DNA of 64,000 nt from Candidatus Eiseniibacteriota bacterium (lineage in GTDB: Bacteria; Eisenbacteria; RBG-16-71-46). The position numbers and the translations under genes were made by a program. Below the pieces are notes generated by a model. The model made no database searches and had not been told where the DNA came from. It saw only the letters and a program-made list of their open reading frames with translations. Positions 28,657 to 38,524 of this stretch are shown piece after piece. How positions within the stretch are numbered: position 1 is the first letter of the stretch; each line of letters starts with the position of its first letter. Where the stretch lies: positions 1 through 64,000 of the forward strand of contig JBGAOA010000014.1 in the NCBI GenBank assembly GCA_044222065.1, read 5' to 3'.

Positions 28657-30882
28657 TCAGCGGGGTCGATCCCCGCCCTGCTCCGTCGCGTCCGGGGGCT
28701 CCGCCGCGCCCTTGCCGTCGGCGGCGCCGTTCGCGTCTTCGCCCTCGATCTCGGCCTTCGTCAGCTCGTCGTACCAGGCGCGGTGCTCGTGCTTCATCTG
28801 CTCTTCCGAGATGCGGCCGTGCAGCCACGTCCAGTTCATCGGGTACACCTCGGGGTTCGCGATGTTCTGGTACAGGTGCCACACCACGATCGCGAGGAAC
28901 GCGAGCCACGCCTCGTAGTAATGGACGAGCGTCGCCGCGTTGATGACCCACAGGTTCACGTGGCGCAGGGACTCGTTCTCGAACCACAGGATGAAGCCCG
29001 TGACCGTCATGACGATCGTGCCCCACACGAGCGCCCAGTACTCCGCCTTCTCGATGTAGCTGAAGCGCGCGAAGCGCGGCGGATGGCTGCGCAGGCCGGC
29101 GAGGTAGAGGCCGTTGCCGATCACGTCCCACGCGTCGGACGGCTGCGGAGCGAGGTCGCGCACGAGCGCGCGGCCGCGCTTCGTGAACAGGTAGCCGACG
29201 TGGATCACGGACACCGCCACCATCGCGATCGCCGCGATGCGGTGCAGCAGGCTGCGCCACGAGTGCCCGCCCTCGAGCCGCGCGATCCACTCGAACAGCG
29301 GGGCCTCGGGGAACTTGAGAGCGAAGCCGGTGCCGACGAGCGTGAAGAAGCTCACGGCGAGCAGCCCGTGCTGGATCCGCTCGACCGTCGTCATGCGCTC
29401 GAACCAGCGGCGCGGCCCCTCGGGGTGCGTCTCGGGCTCGAACTGCGCGCGCCAGCGAGCCCGCATCTGGCGCACGAAGTGCAGCCCCTGGTGCACCGTC
29501 ATGCCGCCGATCGTGAGCGCGATGAGCCACAGGTAGCTGATGCGCACCCAGTACGACACCGGCTCCTCGCGCCGCGCCATCACGACGTGGACGCGGCCCC
29601 GGGCGAAGCTCGCGCTGTCGCCGGGGTGGCAGCGGCCGCAGGTCGTCGCGAGGCTGTCGCGCGACACCGTCGAGCGCGGATCGCTCGACGGCAGGATCTC
29701 GTGCGCGCCGTGGCAGCTCGCGCAGTTCGCGACCACCTTGGAGCCGCCGCGCGCCGCGAGGCCGTGGAAGCTGTCCGTGTAGCTCGACAGCCGGCCGGCC
29801 GGCAGGCCGAACGTCTCGCGGATGGCCGTCGCCTCGTGGCAGCTCACGCACGTCGAGGTGACCGAGCCGGCAGCGACGGGGGAGTTCGGGTCGTGCGGCC
29901 CCGTGATGCGGTGCTCGCCGTGGCAGTCGGTGCAGACGGGCGTGCGCGTGACGCCGCGCGCGAGCGCCTGCCCGTGCACGCCGAGCGTGTACTGCTTCGC
30001 CTCGGCTTCGTGGCAGCGCCCGCAGGTCTTCGGAATGTTCGCGCGGTAGACGCTCGAGGTCGGGTCGTTCGCGCGCTTCATCCGGTGGCTCTCGTGGCAG
30101 TCGTCGCACGTCGCCGCCTTCGGGTCCTTCGAGCGACCGTGGATGCTCTGGCGGTAGAGCGCGACCGCCGACGGGATCGTGATCTTGCGGCGCTCGACGA
30201 TCCGGCGGTCCTCGTGGCAGCGCGCGCACGTGGTCGCGAGCGAGTCGTGCGAAACCGGCGACGTCGGATCCGTGTGCTTCTTCACCTGGTGCGTGCCGCC
30301 GTGGCAGTCGCGGCAGGTCGAGGCGTCGTTGTCGCCGCTCGCGAGCGCCCGGCCGTGCACCGACTCGCGGTACTGCGCGGCGACGTCGGCGTGACACGAC
30401 TCGCACGCGGCGCGCGTCATCTGCTTCGCCGGCCGCACGTCGTGCGTGCCGTGGCAGCCGCGGCAGCCGTCCTTGCCGTTCTTCTCGGGCAGCCGGTGGA
30501 CGCCCTCGGCCATGCCCTTCACGACGTCCTTGTGGCACGGCTCGCACTGGACGCGCGGCAGCCGGTCGGGATGCGGATCACGCCCGGCGCCGAGATGGCA
30601 GGCAACACACTGGAGCTTGCCGTGCACCGAGGTCGCGAGACGGCTTTCCTGCACCGACACGTTCGAGCCGTCCCGCGAGCGCGACAGCTCGTGGTTGCGG
30701 TGGCACGTCAGGCACTTCTCGGACGTGTCGTCGAGCGCGGAGGCCGTCCGGCTCGCGAGGAGCGCGCCCGCGAGCACGACGAAAGAAACGACGCGCGCGC
30801 GCCGCCACCGGGATGGACCGGCGATGCGGCGCGCCCGCGCGGATCGGAGGATCCAGGCGAAGGCCCTGGCGAAGAGCGACAT
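28657..30882 (-). CDS. 13-heme cytochrome c fused to FdnI/HyaC-type cytochrome b (CbcL-like quinol oxidoreductase)
   Basis: 13 CxxCH motifs; membrane domain with RIQH, LHR...IH, FSYIEKAEYWA and VHYYEAWLA...WH. Confidence 0.88.
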   Translation of the reverse strand: MSLFARAFAWILRSARARRIAGPSRWRRARVVSFVVLAGALLASRTASALDDTSEKCLTCHRNHELSRSRDGSNVSVQESRLATSVHGKLQCVACHLGAGRDPHPDRLPRVQCEPCHKDVVKGMAEGVHRLPEKNGKDGCRGCHGTHDVRPAKQMTRAACESCHADVAAQYRESVHGRALASGDNDASTCRDCHGGTHQVKKHTDPTSPVSHDSLATTCARCHEDRRIVERRKITIPSAVALYRQSIHGRSKDPKAATCDDCHESHRMKRANDPTSSVYRANIPKTCGRCHEAEAKQYTLGVHGQALARGVTRTPVCTDCHGEHRITGPHDPNSPVAAGSVTSTCVSCHEATAIRETFGLPAGRLSSYTDSFHGLAARGGSKVVANCASCHGAHEILPSSDPRSTVSRDSLATTCGRCHPGDSASFARGRVHVVMARREEPVSYWVRISYLWLIALTIGGMTVHQGLHFVRQMRARWRAQFEPETHPEGPRRWFERMTTVERIQHGLLAVSFFTLVGTGFALKFPEAPLFEWIARLEGGHSWRSLLHRIAAIAMVAVSVIHVGYLFTKRGRALVRDLAPQPSDAWDVIGNGLYLAGLRSHPPRFARFSYIEKAEYWALVWGTIVMTVTGFILWFENESLRHVNLWVINAATLVHYYEAWLAFLAIVVWHLYQNIANPEVYPMNWTWLHGRISEEQMKHEHRAWYDELTKAEIEGEDANGAADGKGAAEPPDATEQGGDRPR

Positions 30883-31151
30883 CGAGACCGTAGCCCCGGA
30901 GCGAGCCGTGAACGTCGGGCGCGTGAGACGCGCGCCTTCGTATCAAGCAAGAGCCGCGCTAGTGGCGGCTCGACGTGGTCGTGCCGCGCCTCGCTCCTCG
31001 CGTTGCGTCGCCGGGCGCGAGCCGCGCGAGCCCGCGCCGCTCGCGAGCTTGCGCGCGGCCGGGCCGCCGCGCGGGCGCTGCGGCGCCGTGGCGAGGACGC
31101 GACAACCCGGGATCGTCCGCAGGCGCGCGAGACGGCTCCTTGACCGCCAAG

Positions 31152-31178
31152 CTGACAGGGCAAGAGCCCGGCTGTCAG
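31152..31178. promoter_or_regulatory. Palindrome CTGACAG-N13-CTGTCAG, candidate enhancer-binding-protein site
   Basis: Perfect 7-bp inverted repeat about 100 bp upstream of a sigma54-type motif, in the divergent intergenic region. Confidence 0.45.
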
Positions 31179-31276
31179 GCCGAAACCTCGTAAGCGCGCG
31201 TCCACAGGTCCGTTGCCGGTGGTGCATCCGTCGGAGAGTCAGTAGTTTCCCGGAGCAGGCGCCTCAAGTCGCTGTC

Positions 31277-31292
31277 TGGCCTGAAGGTTGCC
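31277..31292 (+). promoter_or_regulatory. sigma54-type promoter
   Basis: TGGCCTGAAGGTTGCC (GG-N10-GC with TTGC), about 90 nt upstream of the pentaheme gene. Confidence 0.55.
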
Positions 31293-31382
31293 AATGCAAG
31301 AGAGTGCGCCCCCGGCGCTTCGTTCCGCCGGATCGGCCGCCACGGAAGTCATCCCTGCCGACAAGCAGAAGGAGTTCGCGAC

Positions 31383-32051
31383 GTGAAGAAGACCTTCGCC
31401 GTTCTCGCTCTCGCGGTGCTCGGCATCGCGCTGGTCGCCGCCAGCGCCGGTGCGTTCCCCGACGCCGCCCGCTCGACCAAGATGAGCTGCGCCACCTGTC
31501 ACTCGAACGTCGCCGGCGGTGCGGACCTGACCGACGCGGGCAAGGCGTTCAAGTCCGACAAGAAAGTGCCCGCCGCTTCGGTGGAAGGCACCGAATATTC
31601 GGGCACGGCCTCGTGCCGCAAGTGCCACAGCAAGTACGTGAAGGCGTGGGGCGAGACCGATCACGCGAAGGCGCTGTCGGTGCTCACGTCGGCCGATCCG
31701 AAGCGGGTCGGCGAGATCGCGGCCCTGCTCAAGGTCACGCTCAAGGGCCCCGCGGACAAGGAAGACGCGTGCTTGAACTGCCACGTCGTGGGCTTCCACC
31801 TCACGGGCGGTTTCCCCGCGGCGGACACGAGCAAGGTCGAGTCGGTGTCGAACGTGGGCTGCGAGAACTGCCACGGGCCGGGCGCGAAGCACATCGCGAT
31901 TCCGAAGGAAGAAAAGGACGCGAAGAAGGCCGCGATCAACGGCAAGGTCACCGAAGTGATGTGCAAGAACTGCCACACGCCCGAGATGAGCCCGAAGTTC
32001 AACTTCGAGGAGTACAAGAAGAAGGGCGTGCACGTCATTCCGACCGAGTAA
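31383..32051 (+). CDS. Periplasmic pentaheme cytochrome c (c554-like domain)
   Basis: Signal peptide; 5 CxxCH motifs; VGCENCHGPG..H motif; RBS AAGGAG with GTG start. Confidence 0.9.
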   Translation: MKKTFAVLALAVLGIALVAASAGAFPDAARSTKMSCATCHSNVAGGADLTDAGKAFKSDKKVPAASVEGTEYSGTASCRKCHSKYVKAWGETDHAKALSVLTSADPKRVGEIAALLKVTLKGPADKEDACLNCHVVGFHLTGGFPAADTSKVESVSNVGCENCHGPGAKHIAIPKEEKDAKKAAINGKVTEVMCKNCHTPEMSPKFNFEEYKKKGVHVIPTE

Positions 32052-32178
32052 CGCCGTGTGTGCCGCGCGTGGCTCTTCCGGAGGTCGCGCGTCGGGGGGG
32101 TTGGGTCCGGATCGGGGCGCGGGCGAGTGCGGCGCGGCATGGGACGCCGCCCCCCCGCGCGGTGGGGATGATGCGGTG

Positions 32179-35064
32179 ATGGAAGGGCCCGAAGGGCGGA
32201 CGATGGTGCGGCGGGTCCTCGAGGCCGGTCGCGAGCGGTGCGCGGCGACGCGCCGGCTCGCGGCCGGCTTCTCGTTGGGCGTCGCACTCCTCGCGGCCGT
32301 GGCGTGGAACGCGGCCCCCGCGGCGGAATCGCCGGGCGGCGCGCCGTCGCGCGCGGCGGTCGTGCTGCCGGGCTCCGAAGACTGCTTCATGTGTCATCGG
32401 GACGGCGCGGGCCGCAAGCCGAACGACGAAGAGCCGCCGGTGGACGGCAACGTGCTGCGCGGCTCCGCGCACGCGGGCGTGCGCTGCGACGGCTGCCACG
32501 CGGACCTGCGCGACCAGGAGATGCCGCACGAGAAGCGGCTCAAGCCGGTCGAGTGCGGTTCGTGCCACAAGGAAGAGAAGTCGCAGCACGACGAGAGCCT
32601 GCACGGCGTGGCCGAGGCGCGCGGCGAACGGCTCGCGCCGACCTGCAAGGGATGCCACGGGACGCACAACGTGCTGCGGAAGTCGGATCCGCGCGCCGAC
32701 GTCTACACGGTCAACATCCCGTTCCTCTGCAACCGCTGCCACCGCGAAGGGTCGCAGGTGCAGAGCTTCTATCACATCCCTCAGGACTCGATCCTCAAGA
32801 ACTACTCCGAGTCCATCCACGGCGAGGGCCTGTTCAGGAAGGGCCTGCTGAACACGGCGACGTGCATCAGCTGCCACACCTCGCACCACCAGCTGCCGCA
32901 CACCGATCCGCGCTCCTCGATCGCGCGCGGCAGCGTTGCGAAGACCTGCGAGCAGTGCCACGTGCGCATCGAGCAGGTGCACGCGAAGGTCGTGCGCGGC
33001 GAGCTGTGGCAGAAGAGCCCGAACCAGGTGCCGGTGTGCGTGGACTGCCACGAACCCCACAAGGCGCGGCGCGTGTTCTACACCGGCGGACTGTCGGACC
33101 GCGACTGCATGACCTGCCACGGCAAGCGCGACCTCGCGGTGAAGCGCGCCGGCAAGACCGTGTCGCTGTTCGTGGACGCGAACACGCTCGAACACTCGCG
33201 CCACCAGAAGATCGCGTGCGCTCAGTGCCACACCGGCTCGACTGCCGGTCACGCGCGCCCGTGCGACACCGCGATCGCGAAGGTGGACTGCTCGACGTGC
33301 CACGCCGAGGTCGCGGCCGTGTGGCAGGGCAGCACGCACGGCCAGCTCGCGGCGAAGGGCAGCCCCGACGCGCCCGAGTGCCGCGACTGCCACGGCACGC
33401 ACGGCATCCGCGGCAAGAACGAGCCCGACTCGCCGACGTTCGCGAAGAACGTCCCGACGCTCTGCGGCAATTGCCACCGCACCGGCAACAAGGCCGCGGT
33501 GCGCTACAAGGGCGAGCAGAAGGACATCGTCGAGCACTACGAAGAGAGCATCCACGGCAAGGGCCTGCTGAAGAGCGGCCTCGTCGTGACGGCGACCTGC
33601 GCCGACTGCCACTCGCCGCACGGCGAGCTGCCGAGCAAGGACCCGAACTCCACGGTGAATCCCGCGAACGTCGCGACCACGTGCGCGAAGTGCCACCGCG
33701 GAATCTACGAACAGTTCGAGACGAGCATCCACGCGACGGCGGCCGGGCACACGAAGGAGAAGCTGCCGGTGTGTTCCGACTGCCACTCGGCGCACACGAT
33801 CGGACGCACGGACACCGAAGGGTTCCGGCTCACGATCATGAACCAGTGCGGCAACTGCCACCGCGACCTCGCCGAGAGCTACTTCGAGACCTATCACGGC
33901 AAGGTCTCGAAGCTCGGCTATCTCAAGACCGCGAAGTGCTACGACTGCCACGGCGCGCACGACATCCGGCGCGTCCGCGACGCCGAATCGCACCTGTCGC
34001 GCAAGAACATCGTGAAGACGTGCGAAGGCTGTCACAAGGGATCGAACATCAACTTCGCCGGCTACCTCGCGCACGGCACGCACCACGATCGCGACCGCTA
34101 CCCGGCGTTGTTCTACGCGTTCTGGGGCATGACGTCCCTGCTCGTCGTGACGTTCGTCGCCGCCGGCATCCACACGCTCGCGTGGCTGCCGCGCTCGCTC
34201 GCCTATCGCAAGCAGCTCGAGCAGTCGCACGCGCTCGAGTCGCCGACGCACGTGCGGCGCTTCCCGAAGCTCTACCGCAACCTGCACCTCATGGTGATCA
34301 CGAGCTTCCTCGCGCTCGCCGTGACCGGCATGACGCTCAAGTTCTCGCACACCGGCTGGGCGTGGGTGCTGTCGCGGCTGCTCGGCGGCTTCGAAGCCGC
34401 GGGCTTCATCCACCGCGTCGGCGCCGTCGTGACGTTCAGCTATTTCGCGATCCACATCACCGACCTGTTCCGGCGCCGCGCCGCGAGCAAGCAGTCGTGG
34501 GCGCAGTTCATCCTCGGCCCCGACGGCATGATGTTCAGCCTCACCGACCTCAAGGAAGTGATCGGCTCGGTGAAGTGGTTCCTCGGGCTCGGACCGCGAC
34601 CCGCCTACGGGCGCTGGACGTACTGGGAGAAGTTCGACTACTTCGCCGTGTTCTGGGGCGTCGCGGTGATCGGGATGTCCGGGCTGCTGCTGTGGTTCCC
34701 GACGTTCTTCACGCGCTTCGTGCCGGGCTGGGTGCTGAACGTCGCGACCATCATCCACTCGGACGAGGCGCTGCTCGCGGTGGGATTCATCTTCACGGTG
34801 CACTTCTTCAACACCCACTTCCGGCCCGAGAAGTTCCCGATGGACACGGTGATCTTCACGGGCACGATCCCGCTGGAGGAGTTCAAGCAGGATCGCCCGC
34901 GCGAGTACGAGGCGCTCGTGAAGAGCGGCGAGCTGGAGGCGCGGACCGAGCCCGCGCCCGACCCGCGCGACGTGAAGAAGTGGCGCGTGATCGGCTGGGT
35001 GGCGCTGACGATCGGCATCCTGCTCGTCATCGGCATCCTGTTCGCGGTGCTGGGCGGGCGGTAG
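32179..35064 (+). CDS. 19-heme cytochrome c fused to FdnI-type cytochrome b (CbcL-like); start could be 32203
   Basis: 19 CxxCH motifs; membrane domain with NLH, IHR...IH, GRWTYWEKFDYFAVFWG and IHSDEALLA...VHFFNTH. Confidence 0.9.
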   Translation: MEGPEGRTMVRRVLEAGRERCAATRRLAAGFSLGVALLAAVAWNAAPAAESPGGAPSRAAVVLPGSEDCFMCHRDGAGRKPNDEEPPVDGNVLRGSAHAGVRCDGCHADLRDQEMPHEKRLKPVECGSCHKEEKSQHDESLHGVAEARGERLAPTCKGCHGTHNVLRKSDPRADVYTVNIPFLCNRCHREGSQVQSFYHIPQDSILKNYSESIHGEGLFRKGLLNTATCISCHTSHHQLPHTDPRSSIARGSVAKTCEQCHVRIEQVHAKVVRGELWQKSPNQVPVCVDCHEPHKARRVFYTGGLSDRDCMTCHGKRDLAVKRAGKTVSLFVDANTLEHSRHQKIACAQCHTGSTAGHARPCDTAIAKVDCSTCHAEVAAVWQGSTHGQLAAKGSPDAPECRDCHGTHGIRGKNEPDSPTFAKNVPTLCGNCHRTGNKAAVRYKGEQKDIVEHYEESIHGKGLLKSGLVVTATCADCHSPHGELPSKDPNSTVNPANVATTCAKCHRGIYEQFETSIHATAAGHTKEKLPVCSDCHSAHTIGRTDTEGFRLTIMNQCGNCHRDLAESYFETYHGKVSKLGYLKTAKCYDCHGAHDIRRVRDAESHLSRKNIVKTCEGCHKGSNINFAGYLAHGTHHDRDRYPALFYAFWGMTSLLVVTFVAAGIHTLAWLPRSLAYRKQLEQSHALESPTHVRRFPKLYRNLHLMVITSFLALAVTGMTLKFSHTGWAWVLSRLLGGFEAAGFIHRVGAVVTFSYFAIHITDLFRRRAASKQSWAQFILGPDGMMFSLTDLKEVIGSVKWFLGLGPRPAYGRWTYWEKFDYFAVFWGVAVIGMSGLLLWFPTFFTRFVPGWVLNVATIIHSDEALLAVGFIFTVHFFNTHFRPEKFPMDTVIFTGTIPLEEFKQDRPREYEALVKSGELEARTEPAPDPRDVKKWRVIGWVALTIGILLVIGILFAVLGGR

Positions 35065-35239
35065 CGTCGCGGCCGCGGTCACGCCGCGGTCAATCCTGAC
35101 GGCGGCGCGACGCCGGGACGCAGTTCGCGCTTGAGACGTCCGCATCGCCGCGCCATCCTGCGCGCTTGTCTCGCCACGTGACTCGGCGATCGCCGCGCAC
35201 GTTTCCGGCCACCGACCCCGGACCCGAGGAGGTTCTTCC

Positions 35240-35677
35240 ATGAAGCGCATCGCTCTCGCCGCCGCCGTGCTCGCGCTCGCCGCGACCGCGGCGTTCGTCA
35301 CCGCCGACGACTCGCACAACCACGGCGCCGCTACGAAGACGGCCGCCACGAAGGCCGTCGCCGCCAGTCCGGCGGGCGCGGGGGCCGTCACCGGCGAGGT
35401 CGTGGACATGGGCTGCTACCTCGGCCACGGCGCGAAGGGCGAGAAGCACATCGGCTGCGCGACCAAGTGCATCGCGAACGGCATGCCGATGGGCATCCTC
35501 ACCGACGACGGCGCGCTGTACCTGGTGACGATGAACCACGAGAACGCCGACCCCTACAACCAACTCAAGAACCTCGCCGGCAAGCGCGTCACGGTGTCGG
35601 GCGAGAGGGTCGAGCGCAACGGCGTGAAGGGCATCGACGTGACGGGCGTGAAGCCGCTCGCCGCGGCGACGAAGTGA
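35240..35677 (+). CDS. Secreted hypothetical protein with Cys/His cluster
   Basis: Signal peptide; GEVVDMGCY...HIGCATKCI...GMPMGIL; RBS GAGGAGG. Confidence 0.8.
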   Translation: MKRIALAAAVLALAATAAFVTADDSHNHGAATKTAATKAVAASPAGAGAVTGEVVDMGCYLGHGAKGEKHIGCATKCIANGMPMGILTDDGALYLVTMNHENADPYNQLKNLAGKRVTVSGERVERNGVKGIDVTGVKPLAAATK

Positions 35678-35723
35678 ACGCGGGCGCACGGCGGAGCGCG
35701 CCGGCGCGCGCGCCTCGTCCGCG

Positions 35724-36527
35724 ATGAAGTTCGCGATTCGCATCGCGGCCCTGCTCGTTCTCGCGGGCGGGGCCGCGTTGTTCGTGGCGCGCCGCCCGGA
35801 CCTGCCCGCGGCCGAGCGCGGCCGGCGGCTCGCCGAGCGCACGGGTTGCTTCGCGTGCCACGGACCGGGCGGTGTGCGCGGCGCCGCGAACCACGGGCGT
35901 CTCGACCGCACCGTGCCGACGTTCGAAGGCGACGTGATGATGTACGCGAAGACGCGCGCCGAAGTGCGCGAGTGGATCGCGGACGGCGTTCCCGCGCGGC
36001 GCGCGCGAAGCGAGACGTGGCGCACCGAGCGCGAGCGCGGCGCGCTGCGGATGCCGGCGTTCGGACGCAGGCTCGGCGCGGGCGAGATCGACGACCTCGT
36101 CGAGTTCGTGCTCGCGAGCGCCGGATCACCCGCGCCCGCGGACTCGCTCGCCGCGCGCGGCCTCGCGCGCGCGGAGGCGCTCGGCTGCACCGGCTGTCAC
36201 GGCGCGGGCGGACGGTTCGCGCGCCCGAATCCCGGCTCGTTCAAGGGCGTCGTGCCGTCGTGGGACGGCGCGGACTTCGCCGACCTCGTGCGCGATCGCG
36301 CCGAGTTCGACGCGTGGGTGAAGGACGGCGTGAGCCGTCGCCTCGCGTCGAACCCGCTCGCGCGCTACTTCCTGCGCCGCGCGGCACTCCACATGCCGCG
36401 CTTCGAGCGCCACCTCGAGCCCGGCGACCTCGATGCGCTGTGGGCGTACGTGACGTGGCTGCGCTCGCCCGCAGGAAGGCTCGCGGACGCGCAGCCGATC
36501 GCGTCGAGCCCGGGGGCCTCGGAATGA
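35724..36527 (+). CDS. Membrane-anchored diheme cytochrome c
   Basis: N-terminal TM; GCFACH and GCTGCH, with MPAF and MPRF distal Met motifs. Confidence 0.85.
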   Translation: MKFAIRIAALLVLAGGAALFVARRPDLPAAERGRRLAERTGCFACHGPGGVRGAANHGRLDRTVPTFEGDVMMYAKTRAEVREWIADGVPARRARSETWRTERERGALRMPAFGRRLGAGEIDDLVEFVLASAGSPAPADSLAARGLARAEALGCTGCHGAGGRFARPNPGSFKGVVPSWDGADFADLVRDRAEFDAWVKDGVSRRLASNPLARYFLRRAALHMPRFERHLEPGDLDALWAYVTWLRSPAGRLADAQPIASSPGASE

Positions 36528-37252
36528 GCGACGTTCGCGTGCCGAAGCTCGCCCCGTTCACGACCACCGCGTCGCGGCTCGAACTCGTCGAGCGCTTCTT
36601 CGCCGGCACGGGCCCGAGCTACGACTGGATCGTGAACGCCACGACGCTCGGCGCCGATCGGCGCTGGAAGCGCGCGATCGTCAACGCGATCCCGGCGCAC
36701 GCCGAACGCATCCTCGACCTCGCCTCCGGCACCGGCATCCTGACGTTCGCGATCGCGGAGCGCTTCCCGGGCGCCCGTGTCGTCGGCGTCGAGTTGCGCG
36801 ACGAATACCTGCAGCTCGCACGGCGGAGAGCGGCGGCGCTCGGGTACGAAGGCGTCCAGTTCGTGCTCTCGCGCGCCGAGGACTACGCGCCGGCGGAGCC
36901 GTGCGACGCGATCGTGTCGTCGTACCTCGCGAAGTACGCCGAGCTGCCCGCGCTCGCGCGCAACGGCCGCGCGATGCTGCGTCCCGGCGGCGTGCTCGTG
37001 ATGCACGACTTCAGCTATCCCTCGACGCCGCGCACCGAGCGCTACTGGAAGCTGCAGTTCGCCGCCATCCGCCTGCTCGGAGCGACCGCCTTCCGGCCGT
37101 GGCGCACGGCGTTCGACGGCCTGCCCGAGCTGATCCGCCGCACGCGCTGGGTGGCGGAGCTGCCCGAATGCCTGCGGCGCGAGGGCTTCCGCGACATCCG
37201 CGTGGAAGAGCTGTCGAAGCACGGCGCGACGATGGTGTCGGCGCGGGTGTGA
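36524..37252 (+). CDS. Class I SAM-dependent methyltransferase, UbiE/MenG-like
   Basis: F...SYD..N...TLG.DRRWK and ILDLASGTG motifs, LRPGG; ATGA overlap with the cytochrome gene. Confidence 0.8.
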   Translation: MSDVRVPKLAPFTTTASRLELVERFFAGTGPSYDWIVNATTLGADRRWKRAIVNAIPAHAERILDLASGTGILTFAIAERFPGARVVGVELRDEYLQLARRRAAALGYEGVQFVLSRAEDYAPAEPCDAIVSSYLAKYAELPALARNGRAMLRPGGVLVMHDFSYPSTPRTERYWKLQFAAIRLLGATAFRPWRTAFDGLPELIRRTRWVAELPECLRREGFRDIRVEELSKHGATMVSARV

Positions 37253-37291
37253 GCGACGGCCCGCGCGACACCGCCCGATCGCCGCGCGTTC

Positions 37292-38524
37292 CTAAGGCCC
37301 CGCGACACCTTCCACGCACCGCACCGTGTCGCGTGCGATCAGCAGCTCTTCGTTCGTCGGAATGACGAGCGTGCGCGCACTCGCGCCTTCGGCCGACACG
37401 TCCGCCTCGCGCCCGATCGCGGCCGCGTTCTTCGCCGCGTCCACGCCGAGCCCCATGAACTCGAGGCCCTGGAGCGAACGCGCGCGGATCGGCGCCGCGT
37501 TCTCGCCGATGCCGCCCGTGAAGATCACGGCGTCGAGCCCGCCCATGGCGCCCGCGTACGCAGCGACGTACTTGCGCACGCGGTAGCAGAACAGGTCGAG
37601 CGCGAGCTTCGCGCGCTCGTTGCCCTGCGACTCCGCCTGCAGCAGCTCGCGCATGTCGTGCGTGAGACCCGAGACGCCGAAGAGCCCCGAGTGCTTGTTC
37701 AGCATCGTCGTCGCCTGGTGCTCGCTCAGGTCTTCCGCGTGCATGACGTGGAACACGACCGACGGATCGAGATCGCCCGCGCGCGTGCCCATCAAGAGAC
37801 CCTCGAGCGGCGTGAAGCCCATGGACGTGTCCACCGATTTACCGTTCGCGATCGCGCAGATGCTCGCGCCGTTCCCGAGGTGGCACGTCACGAGCCGCGT
37901 CTCTTCGCGCGGACGTCCGAGCAGCGCATTCGAACGCCAGCCGACGTAGCGGTGCGAGGTGCCGTGGAAGCCGTAGCGCCGGATGCCGTGGCGCTGATAG
38001 AGCACGTACGGCAGGCCGTAGAGGTAGGCGCGCGGCGGCATCGTCTGGTGGTACGCGGTGTCGAACACCGCGACGTGCGGCTGGTCCTTCAAGACGGCGC
38101 GCGCGGCCTCGTAGCCGCGCAGGTTGTGCGGGTTGTGGAGCGGCGCGAGCGTCGAGCACTCCTCGATCTCGGCCTTCACCTCGGCCGTGATCAACGACGA
38201 GCGCGAGAACTTCTCGCCGCCGTGCACCATGCGATGGCCGACGGCCGCGATCTCGCCCGGGTCCTTCACGACGCCGCGCTCCGAGCTCGTGAGCATCTTC
38301 AGAACGTCGGCGATCGCTTCGCGGTGCTCGAGGATCTCGCGCGAGGTCGTGTGCTTCTCGCCGCCTTCGGGCTGGTAGACGTGCAGCGCGCTCGCGGTGC
38401 CGATGCGTTCGACCGAGCCCTTCGCGAGCGCGCGGTCGGCGTTCGCCTCGATCGCTTCGAGGCTCGTCTCGATGAGCTGGTACTTCACGCTGGAGGAGCC
38501 GCAGTTCAGGACGAGGACCTTCAC
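37292..38524 (-). CDS. ackA: Acetate kinase
   Basis: LVLNCGSSSVKY, GHRMVHGG, APLHNP, RYGFHGTSH, HLGNGAS, TSMGFTPLEG, FTGGIGEN and PTNEE motifs. Confidence 0.97.
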   Translation of the reverse strand: MKVLVLNCGSSSVKYQLIETSLEAIEANADRALAKGSVERIGTASALHVYQPEGGEKHTTSREILEHREAIADVLKMLTSSERGVVKDPGEIAAVGHRMVHGGEKFSRSSLITAEVKAEIEECSTLAPLHNPHNLRGYEAARAVLKDQPHVAVFDTAYHQTMPPRAYLYGLPYVLYQRHGIRRYGFHGTSHRYVGWRSNALLGRPREETRLVTCHLGNGASICAIANGKSVDTSMGFTPLEGLLMGTRAGDLDPSVVFHVMHAEDLSEHQATTMLNKHSGLFGVSGLTHDMRELLQAESQGNERAKLALDLFCYRVRKYVAAYAGAMGGLDAVIFTGGIGENAAPIRARSLQGLEFMGLGVDAAKNAAAIGREADVSAEGASARTLVIPTNEELLIARDTVRCVEGVAGP

